Below are positions 1 through 10,070 of a DNA stretch of 62,968 nt, piece after piece. Every line of letters begins with the position of its first letter. Within the stretch, counting starts at the first letter, position 1. Source of the DNA: Pseudomonadota bacterium (GTDB lineage Bacteria > Myxococcota_A > Bradymonadia > UBA4248); NCBI GenBank assembly GCA_017441205.1, contig JAFRYG010000047.1:1-62968 (forward strand). The letters are read 5' to 3'. A program made the position numbers and the translations under genes. The notes under the pieces were generated by a model that searched no databases, had not been told where the DNA came from, and saw nothing but the letters and a program-made list of their open reading frames with translations.

Positions 1-42
1 CTCCCAACTCACAACTCCCAACTCACAACTCACAACTTCCAA
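1..42. repeat. heptamer tandem repeat CTC(A/C)CAA x6, last unit degenerate
   Basis: ctcccaa ctcacaa ctcccaa ctcacaa ctcacaa cttccaa read directly; may continue left of the window. Confidence 0.85.
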
Positions 43-60
43 CTTTTCCAGGACACACAA

Positions 61-861
61 ATGAAACACCTGATTCTGCCGCTCGCAATTGCTTTACTTT
101 CGTCGACGTCTGCCATGGCTGCTCCGGTGAGCAGCGGACTGACGGACAAGGGTGTCACCCGACCGCAAAATGAGGATAACTTTTTTATTGATAAGGCCCA
201 CGACGTCTATGTCGTCGCCGATGGCATGGGAGGTCATGCCGCCGGTGAAGTCGCCAGCCAGATAGCAGTCGATACCGTCCGGTATTATTCTGAGCATCCG
301 ATTTGGGGCGCGTTTGACACCATCTGGCCTTCGTCCCGGATTTCGCTGATGCTGGGAGCCTATTTTGCCGCCAACAATAATATCCTCACAGACTCCATTA
401 ATACCGCGGCACACAGAGGCATGGGAACGACCATGGTTTCTGTCATTCTGCGGGATGGGTATGCGGACGTCATCAATGTCGGCGATTCCAGAGCTTACCG
501 AATCCGGAACGGCCAAATCACGCAGGTTTCGCACGATCACTCCCTGGTACAGGCATACATCGATCAGGGTATCCTCAAAACACCCGAAGAAATCGAGAAC
601 TTCCCCTATAAAAATGTCATCACTCAGGCGATGGGCACCTCGCCCAAAATCGTTCCGGACGTTTTTACTGAGCCGCAAAAATCCGGAGATATCTACCTGC
701 TCTGCAGCGACGGGCTCTTCAACGAAGTCAAAGACGACGAAATACTGCGCATCATTATGTCGCATCCTGCCGACCTGGATGCCGCATCAAAAGAGCTCGT
801 CGAAACAGCAAATGCCAATGGCGGACATGACAACATTACAGTCGTTCTCGTCCAACTTTGA
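61..861 (+). CDS. PP2C/PPM-family Ser/Thr phosphatase (Stp1/PrpC-like) with N-terminal signal peptide
   Basis: Motifs RPQNED, VADGMGGH, MGTT, NVGDSRAY, DHS, LLCSDGL, GGHDNITVV; N-terminus MKHLILPLAIALLSSTSAMA resembles a Sec/SPI signal. Confidence 0.92.
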   Translation: MKHLILPLAIALLSSTSAMAAPVSSGLTDKGVTRPQNEDNFFIDKAHDVYVVADGMGGHAAGEVASQIAVDTVRYYSEHPIWGAFDTIWPSSRISLMLGAYFAANNNILTDSINTAAHRGMGTTMVSVILRDGYADVINVGDSRAYRIRNGQITQVSHDHSLVQAYIDQGILKTPEEIENFPYKNVITQAMGTSPKIVPDVFTEPQKSGDIYLLCSDGLFNEVKDDEILRIIMSHPADLDAASKELVETANANGGHDNITVVLVQL

Positions 862-932
862 ATAATTGACCCACGCCGCTCATACTGTTATACATGTGGT
901 TCCTGAGTGGGGGCTCACGATGAGGTATCATT

Positions 933-1193
933 TTGAAGTACGGTTTATTTTTCAGCACGGTTCTGTTCATCTTGGTTAATCCCGGCTTGCTCTGGGCACA
1001 GGATTCGTCTGGCGAGATCGAAGAAAAACTATACAATTTCGATGATATGCTCATCGATGGCTCGTTCCGGGATCCCCAGGGGATGTTCGAACGTGCCAGG
1101 TCTGAAGCTAAATTTGAAGGCGTATTAAAACTGGAGCGCAGCTTTATGAGCGAGCTCGAAAATAATGCGCAGGAATCATCGATGCGACCGTGA
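933..1193 (+). CDS. small secreted CglF/GltF-like gliding-motility protein
   Basis: Signal peptide, then YNFDDMLIDG..DPQG...AR...F..VLKLERSF, resembling (from memory) myxobacterial CglF YDFEDD.IEG...P.G; TTG start with GAGGT upstream; adjacent to a GltJ-like gene. Confidence 0.6.
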   Translation: MKYGLFFSTVLFILVNPGLLWAQDSSGEIEEKLYNFDDMLIDGSFRDPQGMFERARSEAKFEGVLKLERSFMSELENNAQESSMRP

Positions 1194-1223
1194 TGGATGC
1201 ATTGAAAATAAGGGAGTTGTTGA

Positions 1224-2936
1224 ATGAAAATCATATGTAGTGGTTGTGGAGCCAACCATTGGCTGTCCGATATGCAGTTGTCCGATGGTGGGTGCAATGT
1301 CGTATGTCCTCACTGTTCGACCACGAATTTCGTGGATGCTTCAATGCTGGATCCCATGTCCCTTGAACCACGATGGTATTATGCAATCAACGAAGAATCA
1401 GTAGGCCCTCTCTCGACGCGGGATCTTGAGTTCAGTTTCCAGAATGGACAGATTACACTGGATTCATACGTCTGGTGCGATGGACTCTCTGACTGGATGC
1501 CATTGAGTGCTGTTCCTGAATTTGGTTATCTGCTCTCCCCGGTTCAGGGCGTCCCCTATGGCTCCGAAAGAACAAATATCGCCGCCGGGGCTTCCGCATT
1601 TCCAAGCTATCCTGCCCCCCAATTCGCAGGCAACGACGACGAAACGGCCGCCATCGATCTGGCCGGATTCAATGCCGCACAGGCACAGGCGCAGGCCCAG
1701 AACTCAAGCTACAGCCCATTTGACAGCAATTCCCCGGCCGGCATCGTCGGCATGGACGGAAGAGCTGCACGGGATGACGAACCTGTCTTCGATATGGGTA
1801 TGTCTCAGCCACAGCCGGCCAACGCAGCCAATGATCTCGTCGGCGCACGCAGCGAAAACTCAGTTCTCTTCAGTCTGAGCAGTCTCCAGGCCGTCAGCGC
1901 ATCCGCTCCCGTCAGTACTTCAACTCCGGCAACCGCAGGCGGTGGTGCAGGGCTCATTGACGTCAAGGCTCTCGCCTCTTCTACCCCTGCCCCCCGACGC
2001 CGAACCAACGAAGTTGTCGACAGCTTCGCCGGAAGCTCTGTCCCCATGGCTACAGTCCTTCCCCTCGGAACCAAAAAAGACAACACGACCCTCTACATCA
2101 TCCTCGGTATCGCCGGTGCCCTCATCCTCGCACTCATTATCGTCGTTGCCATCGTCGCTGCCAGCGGAGGTGACAATCAGAATAATGTCCCGCAGCAGGT
2201 TGCCGTCATCAATGAAAATGAAGCTCTCGCCAATGCAAGAAACAACCCCGGCATAGCTCCCACTGCAGTCGCCGATAACACCGATGTTGTCAACAAGGAC
2301 AAGCAGGCCGAAGAAGAAAAGAAAGCCGAGGAAGAAAAGAAAGCTGAGGAAGAAAAGAAGGCCGAAGAAGAAAAGAAAGCCGAAGAAGAAAAGAAAGCCG
2401 AAGAAGAAAAGAAAGCCGAAGAAGAAAAGAAGGCCGAGGAAGAGAAGAAAGCCGAAGAAGAAAAACAGGCAGAAGAGAAGAAAGCTGAAGAAGATAATAA
2501 GAAGAGCGGCTCTGACAAAAAGTCGAACAAGAAAAAAGCTGATTCCAAGAAAGCTGAAGTAAAAGAAGCCCCGGCTCCTGAGCCCAAACCGGAACCGAAG
2601 CCTGAACCCAAGAAAACAGAACCCAAGAAGACAGAACCTGCAAAACCCGCTGCCGGTGGCGGCAGTGAAGGTCTCTCGAAAGGTGAAATCCAGACCACAC
2701 TGCGCGGCGCTGGTGCTCAGATCCGTACATGCAGCCGCACATCCGCGACAAAAGGTACGATGAAAGTTTCTTTCGTCATCAAGGGTGACGGGCGCGTCAG
2801 TAATGCCAAGGTAACATCACCGGAATTCGCCAATACGCCGACTGCATCCTGCGTGCTCAAAGTCGTCAATGGCGTCAAGTTCCGCGCAACCGGTACAGAT
2901 GTTCCCATCAACAATTACCCGTTCCCCATCCAGTAA
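1224..2936 (+). CDS. AgmX/GltJ-like protein: zinc ribbon + GYF_2 + TM + TonB_C-like C-terminal domain
   Basis: CSGC..CPHC zinc ribbon; WYYAINEESVGPLS...YVWCDGLSDW (GYF_2); GARSENSVLFSL motif; one TM; KKAEEE and PEPK linker; C-terminal IRTC...VSFVIKGDGRV...CV...FP. Confidence 0.8.
   Translation: MKIICSGCGANHWLSDMQLSDGGCNVVCPHCSTTNFVDASMLDPMSLEPRWYYAINEESVGPLSTRDLEFSFQNGQITLDSYVWCDGLSDWMPLSAVPEFGYLLSPVQGVPYGSERTNIAAGASAFPSYPAPQFAGNDDETAAIDLAGFNAAQAQAQAQNSSYSPFDSNSPAGIVGMDGRAARDDEPVFDMGMSQPQPANAANDLVGARSENSVLFSLSSLQAVSASAPVSTSTPATAGGGAGLIDVKALASSTPAPRRRTNEVVDSFAGSSVPMATVLPLGTKKDNTTLYIILGIAGALILALIIVVAIVAASGGDNQNNVPQQVAVINENEALANARNNPGIAPTAVADNTDVVNKDKQAEEEKKAEEEKKAEEEKKAEEEKKAEEEKKAEEEKKAEEEKKAEEEKKAEEEKQAEEKKAEEDNKKSGSDKKSNKKKADSKKAEVKEAPAPEPKPEPKPEPKKTEPKKTEPAKPAAGGGSEGLSKGEIQTTLRGAGAQIRTCSRTSATKGTMKVSFVIKGDGRVSNAKVTSPEFANTPTASCVLKVVNGVKFRATGTDVPINNYPFPIQ
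2307..2493 (+). repeat. 18-bp coding tandem repeat (AEEEKK x ~10)
   Basis: gccgaagaagaaaagaaa units. Confidence 0.9.
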
Positions 2937-2958
2937 GCGTCGGGACAGGTCCTCATCC

Positions 2959-2993
2959 AAAGCGCATTTTCTTTTGAAAATGCGCTTTTTTTT
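2959..2993 (+). terminator. intrinsic terminator
   Basis: aaagcgcattttc-tttt-gaaaatgcgcttt followed by a T-run, after the stop at 2936. Confidence 0.85.
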
Positions 2994-3233
2994 GCTCGCA
3001 TCAATACACACCAAAAGAAAAAAAGAAGCCGAAGACAATTGCCAATTGCCGATATGCCATATTTTTTGTAATCATTGTCAGCAGGCATACCCCCATTATC
3101 ATATCCATTATGGCATTGAATTAGCGTATATCTTAAGAAGCTGGGGTATGCAGACCTCATTTTTGATCTGATTTATCAATAGTGTTAAAGAACCCGTAGA
3201 GAGCTTATCGAACGAGTTTAAGAGACATCTGAA

Positions 3234-5432
3234 ATGGATACTTCTTTCGAACCTGATTCATCCATCTATCCGAATGGCACACTCATCGCGGATCGCTACG
3301 AGATCACCTCGTTTCTTGCACAGGGTGGCATGGCACAGGTCTATATTGCGAGTCAGCAGCTCGTCGGAAATATCCACCGGGAGGTTGCACTCAAAATTCT
3401 CTTGCCGGCGTTCTCATTGAATCCGGACATCGTCATGCGCTTCTTCTACGAAGCCAAAGCCATCATCAGACTCAATCACCCCAACACCATTAAGCTTTAT
3501 GATATGGGTGAAACCCCTGACCATCGTCTGTTTCTGGCAATGGAATTGCTCAAGGGCAAAGAACTCAGCGAGCGCATAAAGGACGAAAAACACCCGATTT
3601 CCCCTGAAGAGGCATTTTCCATTGCAAAGCAGGTCGCAGGAAGTCTTGCAGAAGCCCATCAGTACGGCATCATCCATCGTGATCTGAAACCAGATAATAT
3701 TTTCATCACCGATCTGAACGTCGTCAAAGTCCTTGATTTCGGCATTGCAAAGCTCAAAGATGACAGTGAACAGTCACGCATTGAAAAAAAACTGACCAAA
3801 GCCGGAACAGCCCCGGGTACTCCCGAATACATGAGTCCGGAACAGGCTCGCGGAAAGGAGCTCGACGCCCGCAGCGATCTCTATTCCCTCGGAGTCGTCA
3901 TCTACGAAATGCTCTGCAAGCATCCCCCGTTCGAAGAACCGACGTCTCTCGGGACAATTCTGATGCACGTACAGGCGCCGCCTCCCCCGCTTCCCGATTA
4001 CATCCCCAAACCCATGCGGGATTTCGTCATTAAGCGCCTGCTGGCAAAGAATCCAAATGATCGTCCCAAAGACGCGCAGGCTTTTATTAACGAAGTCGAT
4101 GAACTTTTGCGCCCCACCGACCAGTTATACAAAGCACAGGCCGAAATTGAGCTGCTGCGAAACGAGCTCGCCCAAACCAAGCTGGAACTTCTGCGTTCCA
4201 GCGATATGAGTGTCATTGTGGATGATCAGCCCTATATCCAGACACCCATGCCGAGCAGGGTTCCTTTAAAATCCGGAGATATGGTCTGTGTCAATACCGC
4301 AGACAATTCCATCGCCATCAGACAATATCCGGATGCCGCTTTTGCACAGAACTCATCACATTACCAACAGGATCCGCATGGACAAACCAATCCCGGTTTT
4401 ACCCATCAGCCTCCGGGAATGCCAGGATATCCTGTAAATACCTCCAGACAAAGGGGTAATCCTCAACCCCCAAGGACATCACAGTATAATCCTCCCCCCA
4501 GCAGGCAGAACTATTCATCACAGCTGCCCATGCCGCAGCCCACTTCTTCCGGTGAAATGCAGAGCGTCCCCATGCCCCAGCATCGCATGCGGTCCATGCC
4601 AAATATGCCATCCAGTGAGATGCCGCCCGTTCCACCGAAGCGCATGCATCCAATGACAGGGATGCCATCGTCTGAAATGCCCTGCGTCCCACCGCAGCGC
4701 ATGCGGTCCATGCCAAACATGCCATCATCCAGTGAGATGCCGTCCGTCCCGCCAACAGCAGCGCAGCAGCGCATGCGTCCAATGCCAGGCATACCATCCG
4801 GCGAAATGCCTTGTGTTCCTTCCACACAACAGCAGCGCATGCGGTCTATGCCAAACACGCCATCCAGTGAAATGCCGCATGTTCCCCCCGCTGCACTGCA
4901 GCAGCGAATGCAGCACACGGGAACATTCAATTCCCCAAACAATTACCAGGCCGATGCCAACGAGGATCCCATCGTTCCACCGGCACCGAGAAGATCAGCT
5001 CACACCAGCAAATCCATGGCTCAAATGCCCGGCCTTCCTCACAATATCAGCGAAGACTATTCCATGGATCATGCCAGCGCCGCAAGCCGTCCCAAAGATA
5101 CCATCACGGGTACAGCGTCCAGAAATCCAACGTCCGGCATCGATCGGGAAACGACGTTTATGATGTTTGCACAGCCCATGGTCAACAAGCTCGGACAAGC
5201 CAATACCCCGGAAATACTCAATCTTGCCAAAAGCATCTGGAATGCCGCCATTATGGGTCCTGATGCTCTCGCTGCGCTTATGGAATCCGCAAAGCCAAAA
5301 TCCAATCTGAGAACCCTGATTGAATTGATGGTTGGCAGAAAATTGAAGTATTTTGCAGGAGAATCGTGGATAATCAATGAATTGGGAGCGAGCCTCGACA
5401 AAAATGGAAAATTATCGCTGCGCATAAGATAA
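3234..5432 (+). CDS. Hanks-type Ser/Thr protein kinase with coiled coil, Pro/Met/Gln repeats and small C-terminal domain
   Basis: [41 protein letters not shown]; no obvious TM. Confidence 0.93.
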   Translation: MDTSFEPDSSIYPNGTLIADRYEITSFLAQGGMAQVYIASQQLVGNIHREVALKILLPAFSLNPDIVMRFFYEAKAIIRLNHPNTIKLYDMGETPDHRLFLAMELLKGKELSERIKDEKHPISPEEAFSIAKQVAGSLAEAHQYGIIHRDLKPDNIFITDLNVVKVLDFGIAKLKDDSEQSRIEKKLTKAGTAPGTPEYMSPEQARGKELDARSDLYSLGVVIYEMLCKHPPFEEPTSLGTILMHVQAPPPPLPDYIPKPMRDFVIKRLLAKNPNDRPKDAQAFINEVDELLRPTDQLYKAQAEIELLRNELAQTKLELLRSSDMSVIVDDQPYIQTPMPSRVPLKSGDMVCVNTADNSIAIRQYPDAAFAQNSSHYQQDPHGQTNPGFTHQPPGMPGYPVNTSRQRGNPQPPRTSQYNPPPSRQNYSSQLPMPQPTSSGEMQSVPMPQHRMRSMPNMPSSEMPPVPPKRMHPMTGMPSSEMPCVPPQRMRSMPNMPSSSEMPSVPPTAAQQRMRPMPGIPSGEMPCVPSTQQQRMRSMPNTPSSEMPHVPPAALQQRMQHTGTFNSPNNYQADANEDPIVPPAPRRSAHTSKSMAQMPGLPHNISEDYSMDHASAASRPKDTITGTASRNPTSGIDRETTFMMFAQPMVNKLGQANTPEILNLAKSIWNAAIMGPDALAALMESAKPKSNLRTLIELMVGRKLKYFAGESWIINELGASLDKNGKLSLRIR
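4545..4912 (+). repeat. degenerate coding repeat S(S/G)EMP.VPP.(Q)RMRSMPNMP x ~6
   Basis: Visible in the translation and in the DNA (gaaatgcc...cgcatgcggtccatgcca). Confidence 0.8.
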
Positions 5433-5535
5433 CACTCCATATTTGCCGATGTGCGCAATCCATCTTCACACCTGCTTTCAAAAATGTTAGATTTCGTCTG
5501 CGCATTTTTTACGCACTCAAAACAGGAGATACGCA

Positions 5536-6405
5536 ATGGCATCGGGTTTAAAGACAAGCAGTGAAGTTGCAAGAATTCGACGACAGCCCAAGGGAAAACC
5601 AGGCTCGGAAAGCGCAAAGAATCTGCTCGGAAGCATTCTTGATGATTCAGCAGCTGCAGCAGAAAAAGAGCGCAAACAGCTCGAAGAAAATCGACGACGT
5701 GCCGAAGAAGAAGAGCTGCTTCGTAAGGAACGTGAAGAAGAAATGGCCAAGCTCGAAGCCGAACAGGCCATTCTGGCTGAACAGCAGGCTCAGGAAGACC
5801 TCAAACTGCACCAGGCTGAAATGCAGGCTCAGCTGCAAAGAGAAAAAGATATCGAAGCCGGTCTGATTGACGTCGAAGAAGAAGCTCGACTCGCCCGCGA
5901 AGAGGAAGCTCGAAAGCAGGCTGAAGCCGAAAAATTACGTCGTAAAACAGAAGCCAAACTACAGGCAATTGAGCTCAAAAAATCTCAGGAAACGGAGCTT
6001 GAAGCTCTCAAAATGGAGCAAATCGCCAAAGTCGCTGCTCCCAAGAAATCAAAACTCCCACTGATTATTGCTGCTGCAGCAGTCGTCCTGCTCGCTGTCG
6101 GTGCGGTCCTCTTCTTTACCCTCAATAAAGAAGTCATCGATCCCTATGCACTCCACGGTGAGGAACAATACGAAACGCGTTCCATCACTTTCGTCAATAC
6201 CAAGCTCAACAGCCAGGAAATTGCTTTCAATGAAGTGAAACAGGCCGAAGATCCAAAGCCGGTAAAGAAATCCGGCGGCGGCAGGAAAAAAAGCGGTGGC
6301 GGCGGCGGCGCTGCACCTGCTGCTCCCGAGGCACCCAAGCCAAAACCCACCCTCTCTGGCGGGAAGAAAGGCGGCTTGTTCGGCGGTGGCAAACCATCGC
6401 TCTAG
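5536..6405 (+). CDS. coiled-coil, single-TM membrane protein (TolA-like composition)
   Basis: E/K/A/R-rich helix, TM LPLIIAAAAVVLLAVGAVLFF, Gly/Pro tail; RBS AGGAG. Confidence 0.75.
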   Translation: MASGLKTSSEVARIRRQPKGKPGSESAKNLLGSILDDSAAAAEKERKQLEENRRRAEEEELLRKEREEEMAKLEAEQAILAEQQAQEDLKLHQAEMQAQLQREKDIEAGLIDVEEEARLAREEEARKQAEAEKLRRKTEAKLQAIELKKSQETELEALKMEQIAKVAAPKKSKLPLIIAAAAVVLLAVGAVLFFTLNKEVIDPYALHGEEQYETRSITFVNTKLNSQEIAFNEVKQAEDPKPVKKSGGGRKKSGGGGGAAPAAPEAPKPKPTLSGGKKGGLFGGGKPSL

Positions 6406-6412
6406 CATTCTT

Positions 6413-6450
6413 CGGCAGCCGGCCCCTCGCCGACTGCTGTTCTTTTATTT
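6413..6450 (+). terminator. probable intrinsic terminator
   Basis: cggcagccggc-ccctc-gccgactgctg followed by ttcttttattt. Confidence 0.6.
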
Positions 6451-6590
6451 CTCCCGCAGTTCATGCAGGATGAACGACTCAGATATGTCCGCATCATCCT
6501 GCAATTATGCGCGCCCCCGTTCATACGCGTGAAACTGCAGCTTAACCGTTAAATCATTCATATATTATTCATCTCACTAAGGATTAATGC

Positions 6591-8837
6591 ATGAGTAAAC
6601 GCTTCTCCCAGTTCGCATTGGCTGCTCTGTTGTGCGCATTTGGTACCGGCATGTTCGGATGTGTCGACGCAGATGAACTCCCCACCAAACCCAATCAGCC
6701 TGGCATCCAGCTGGAGACACATGTTAAGGATTGGCGCGACGAAGTCATCTATCAGCTCATCGTCGATCGCTTCAATAATGGCGACATCAACAATGACTTC
6801 AACGTCGATACACGTTCGCTGGGGCGCTATCACGGCGGCGACTGGCAGGGCATCATCGATAAACTCGATTACCTCCAGGAACTGGGCGTCACGACGCTCT
6901 GGATCTCACCTCCCGTCAAAAATGTCGAAGAAGATGCCGGATTCGCTTCGTATCACGGCTACTGGACTGTCGATTTCCTCAAACATAATCCTCACTTCGG
7001 CGATCTCGCCACACTGCGCCGCCTCTCGGATGAACTCCACAAACGCGGCATGAAACTCATCCTCGATATCGTCACCAATCACGTCGGACAGGTCTTCTTC
7101 TACGATATCAATATGAACGGAAGTCCCCAGGAATGGCTCGCCGGCCGCGGCGATATCGACAAAGGCGATTCCAAACGTCCGCAAGGCGGCGAGCTGAGCC
7201 GCGTCACAGAATACGATCCCGATTTCTCGGCACACGGCATCGACGCCTATACCTCCATGGGTATCTCCGGACAGGCCCCCATCGTATTTTTCGATCTCCC
7301 CGGCATCAACAGAACGGCCCCGGGACCCACCAATATCGACCTCGACGGCGACGGTGAAATCACTACACCCGCTGAAAAACTCGGTTTCAGCAACCCCAAC
7401 TGGTATCACCAGAAAGGCCGTACCTTCGACTACGATACACAGCTCGCATACGATTACAACTCCAGAGGTTATTCTTTCGCACCCATCTACAGCGCCGAAA
7501 GCTACAAAGCCGGTGCAGGACGGTGCCGCGAATTCGTCCTCGAGAATCCCATCCTCGAAAGATGCCGCGGTACGCTGGGCATCTGCGGCGGCGGTGACGG
7601 TGAGCAGAATGGCAGCTGCGAAGTCTGCACTGACCCGTGGTCGCCATGCACAACCGCAAATGAATGCTGCGAACTTAAAAAACTTTCCGGACCCTATACC
7701 CACCGCCTGACCAATTATGACGGTTCCGCCGGTGCCTTCCTCGACGGCGAGGAACGACAGTATTACCAGAACGATCAGACCCTCCTCGGTGACTTCCCCG
7801 GCGGACTCAAAGACGTCGCCACCGAACGCGATGACGTTCGCAAAGCCATGGTCCAGGTATTCTCCTACTGGATCGATGTAACGGACTGCGACGGCTTCCG
7901 AATCGACACGCTCAAACACGTCGAATATTCCTTCTGGGAATACTTTGCCCCTGCCATCCGCAAACACGCTGCAGCACGCGGCAAAAAGAACTTCCTCATG
8001 TTCGGCGAGGCCTTCGATGGCAACGACGATCTGCTCGCCGCTTATACGACAAACGAAAATTCCGTCGACTCGGTCTTCCTGTTCTCACAGAAATATGCCA
8101 TTGACCAGGCTTTCCAGTGCGCTCCGGGCAACACTGTCGCCTCCTGCGGCGGCGCGTCCAACGATACACACTCGCTCTATGGCTGGAACGTCGGCGAAAG
8201 CCGTCACGACAAATTCAGCAACACACCGCGTCCAAACGGCGTTATCGATGCCTCCGGAAACGGCGTCCCACCGCGCGACCTGCTCGTCAACTTCCTCGAT
8301 AACCACGACGTCAACAGGTACCTCTACAACCGCCGCGATGATAAAGGCGTTGATTCCCTCAAAAACGCACTCGCATTCCTCATCATGCAGCGCGGTATCC
8401 CATGCATTTATTACGGAACAGAACAGGGCTTCTTCGGCGGCAATGACCCCGGAAACCGCGAAAATATGAGCGATCCAACGGCCTCCATCTTCTACAGCCT
8501 CCAAAAATCGCTCTACCCGGATTACAAACCATGGGATACGGGTAACCCCCTGTTCAAACACATCAAAAAACTCATCCAGCTGCGCAAAAGCAACCCAGTT
8601 CTCAGCCATGGCGCAGTCTCGAACGTCAAGGCCGAAAACAGCATCTTCGCCTTTACGCGCACACTCGATGGTACAACAGCCGTCATCGTCGTCAACACGC
8701 ACGAAACCCAGAGCGCATCTTACAGTGATGCCGCCGTCTCGGGCAAATCCGACCAGCTCAGCATGTCTGCTGATGCCTGCCAGGTCAACGGAACCTCCGT
8801 CACCGTTCCTCCGATGACCACCTGCGTTCTGTTGTAA
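6591..8837 (+). CDS. GH13 alpha-amylase-family lipoprotein
   Basis: Lipobox GMFGC; YQLIVDRF, GGDWQG, YHGYW, DIVTNH, catalytic DGFRIDTLKH / GEAF / FLDNHD, GIPCIYYGTEQG. Confidence 0.92.
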   Translation: MSKRFSQFALAALLCAFGTGMFGCVDADELPTKPNQPGIQLETHVKDWRDEVIYQLIVDRFNNGDINNDFNVDTRSLGRYHGGDWQGIIDKLDYLQELGVTTLWISPPVKNVEEDAGFASYHGYWTVDFLKHNPHFGDLATLRRLSDELHKRGMKLILDIVTNHVGQVFFYDINMNGSPQEWLAGRGDIDKGDSKRPQGGELSRVTEYDPDFSAHGIDAYTSMGISGQAPIVFFDLPGINRTAPGPTNIDLDGDGEITTPAEKLGFSNPNWYHQKGRTFDYDTQLAYDYNSRGYSFAPIYSAESYKAGAGRCREFVLENPILERCRGTLGICGGGDGEQNGSCEVCTDPWSPCTTANECCELKKLSGPYTHRLTNYDGSAGAFLDGEERQYYQNDQTLLGDFPGGLKDVATERDDVRKAMVQVFSYWIDVTDCDGFRIDTLKHVEYSFWEYFAPAIRKHAAARGKKNFLMFGEAFDGNDDLLAAYTTNENSVDSVFLFSQKYAIDQAFQCAPGNTVASCGGASNDTHSLYGWNVGESRHDKFSNTPRPNGVIDASGNGVPPRDLLVNFLDNHDVNRYLYNRRDDKGVDSLKNALAFLIMQRGIPCIYYGTEQGFFGGNDPGNRENMSDPTASIFYSLQKSLYPDYKPWDTGNPLFKHIKKLIQLRKSNPVLSHGAVSNVKAENSIFAFTRTLDGTTAVIVVNTHETQSASYSDAAVSGKSDQLSMSADACQVNGTSVTVPPMTTCVLL

Positions 8838-8853
8838 TCTTTTTTCATTTCTT

Positions 8854-8977
8854 CGCCCTGCTGTCGCCTTGCGGCGATACGCCGGGCGCATCGCTGCTAT
8901 GGCAAAAGCGTTCATCCAAACGCTTTTGCCATACGCTGCTTCAGCCGGGCTATCTGCGATACGCCCGGCTTTTTTTT
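8854..8977 (-). repeat. bulged-G CGTA/TAG hairpin element (3 hairpins); may double as the + strand terminator of the amylase
   Basis: Minus strand: A-run agccggg CGTAT c-gca-g ATAG cccggct; gcag CGTAT ggcaaaagcg..cgcttttgcc ATAG cagc; cgcccgg CGTAT cgcc-gcaa-ggcg ACAG cagggcg. Confidence 0.85.
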
Positions 8978-9085
8978 GGCCTTTCCCCACACACAACACC
9001 TCAAATTTGGCGCATTCCCCAAAGCAGGGTAAAATCTTTGCGGCATCAGCCCGCCGTTCCGTTCCCCGCGCTTCATGGAGTGAAC

Positions 9086-9985
9086 ATGCGCAGAACACTG
9101 ATTTTATTAAGTATTATTATCTTCACATGCATGGCGTTTTCCACCCATGCCCTGGCCAAAACAGAAGAAGGCGACCTGCTTACATCTCGCGAGATTCTCT
9201 CCTCGACTCGAGGATATGGGCTCGCCAATGCCATGACTGCAGCATCGAGCGGCACAACCGCCATCTGGCACAATCCCGCAGGTATTACCGCTGCCCAGAT
9301 GTATTCATTTGACGCATCCTATTTCTATCAGCACGATGTCAGCGGTCACGGTTTCGAAACCAACGTCGTCGATATGAAGAGCAATCAGTACGTCGGTGCA
9401 GGCCTCGGATTTCTCTATCAATATGCAACTCCGAACAAGGATGACACTCAGCACACCATCCACCTGAGATTCGGTGCCGGCGTCCCTCTGGCCAACAACC
9501 TCATCAGCCTGGGCATTTCGGGACTATATTCGCACATAAAATACAACGGTAAACAAAGGCTTTCGCAGTTCAGCATGGACGCCGGACTGGTCATTCGTCC
9601 GCTGGACTGGCTCTCTCTGGGGCTTTCCGCACAAAACCTCATCGTCGGCGACTACAAAAACTACATGCCGCGCATGATTTCAGCTGGTATTGCCGTAGGC
9701 AGCATCGAACTCGGACTCAATGCAATGTTCGACGTATCCTTCAACCTGAGTGCCGACAAAATCCCCAAATCCGGTTCATACGGAATCGGTGTTGAATACG
9801 TGCTCAAGGAATTCGTTCCACTGCGGCTCGGTTACCGGTATGAAGGAGATGAACACCACGTCCTGAGTGCAGGAATCGGCTACCGGCACGACGGCGGCAT
9901 TTTTGGACTCGATTTGGCCTATCAACACCATTTCGAAGATTACTCAAATGAGTTATTATCGGCTGCGCTGGAGTTCTATTTTTAG
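9086..9985 (+). CDS. outer-membrane beta-barrel (PorV/FadL-like)
   Basis: ATG 9086 with GGAG RBS; signal peptide; GYGLANAMTA...AIWHNPAG motif; alternating beta-strands; C-terminal LEFYF. Confidence 0.75.
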   Translation: MRRTLILLSIIIFTCMAFSTHALAKTEEGDLLTSREILSSTRGYGLANAMTAASSGTTAIWHNPAGITAAQMYSFDASYFYQHDVSGHGFETNVVDMKSNQYVGAGLGFLYQYATPNKDDTQHTIHLRFGAGVPLANNLISLGISGLYSHIKYNGKQRLSQFSMDAGLVIRPLDWLSLGLSAQNLIVGDYKNYMPRMISAGIAVGSIELGLNAMFDVSFNLSADKIPKSGSYGIGVEYVLKEFVPLRLGYRYEGDEHHVLSAGIGYRHDGGIFGLDLAYQHHFEDYSNELLSAALEFYF

Positions 9986-10070
9986 GAACTTCATGTTCGT
10001 GTGATGCAGTTCACCGTTTTGCATGGGACAATCGGGCGGATAACCCGATCTTTGCCAGAAGGACGCGATT

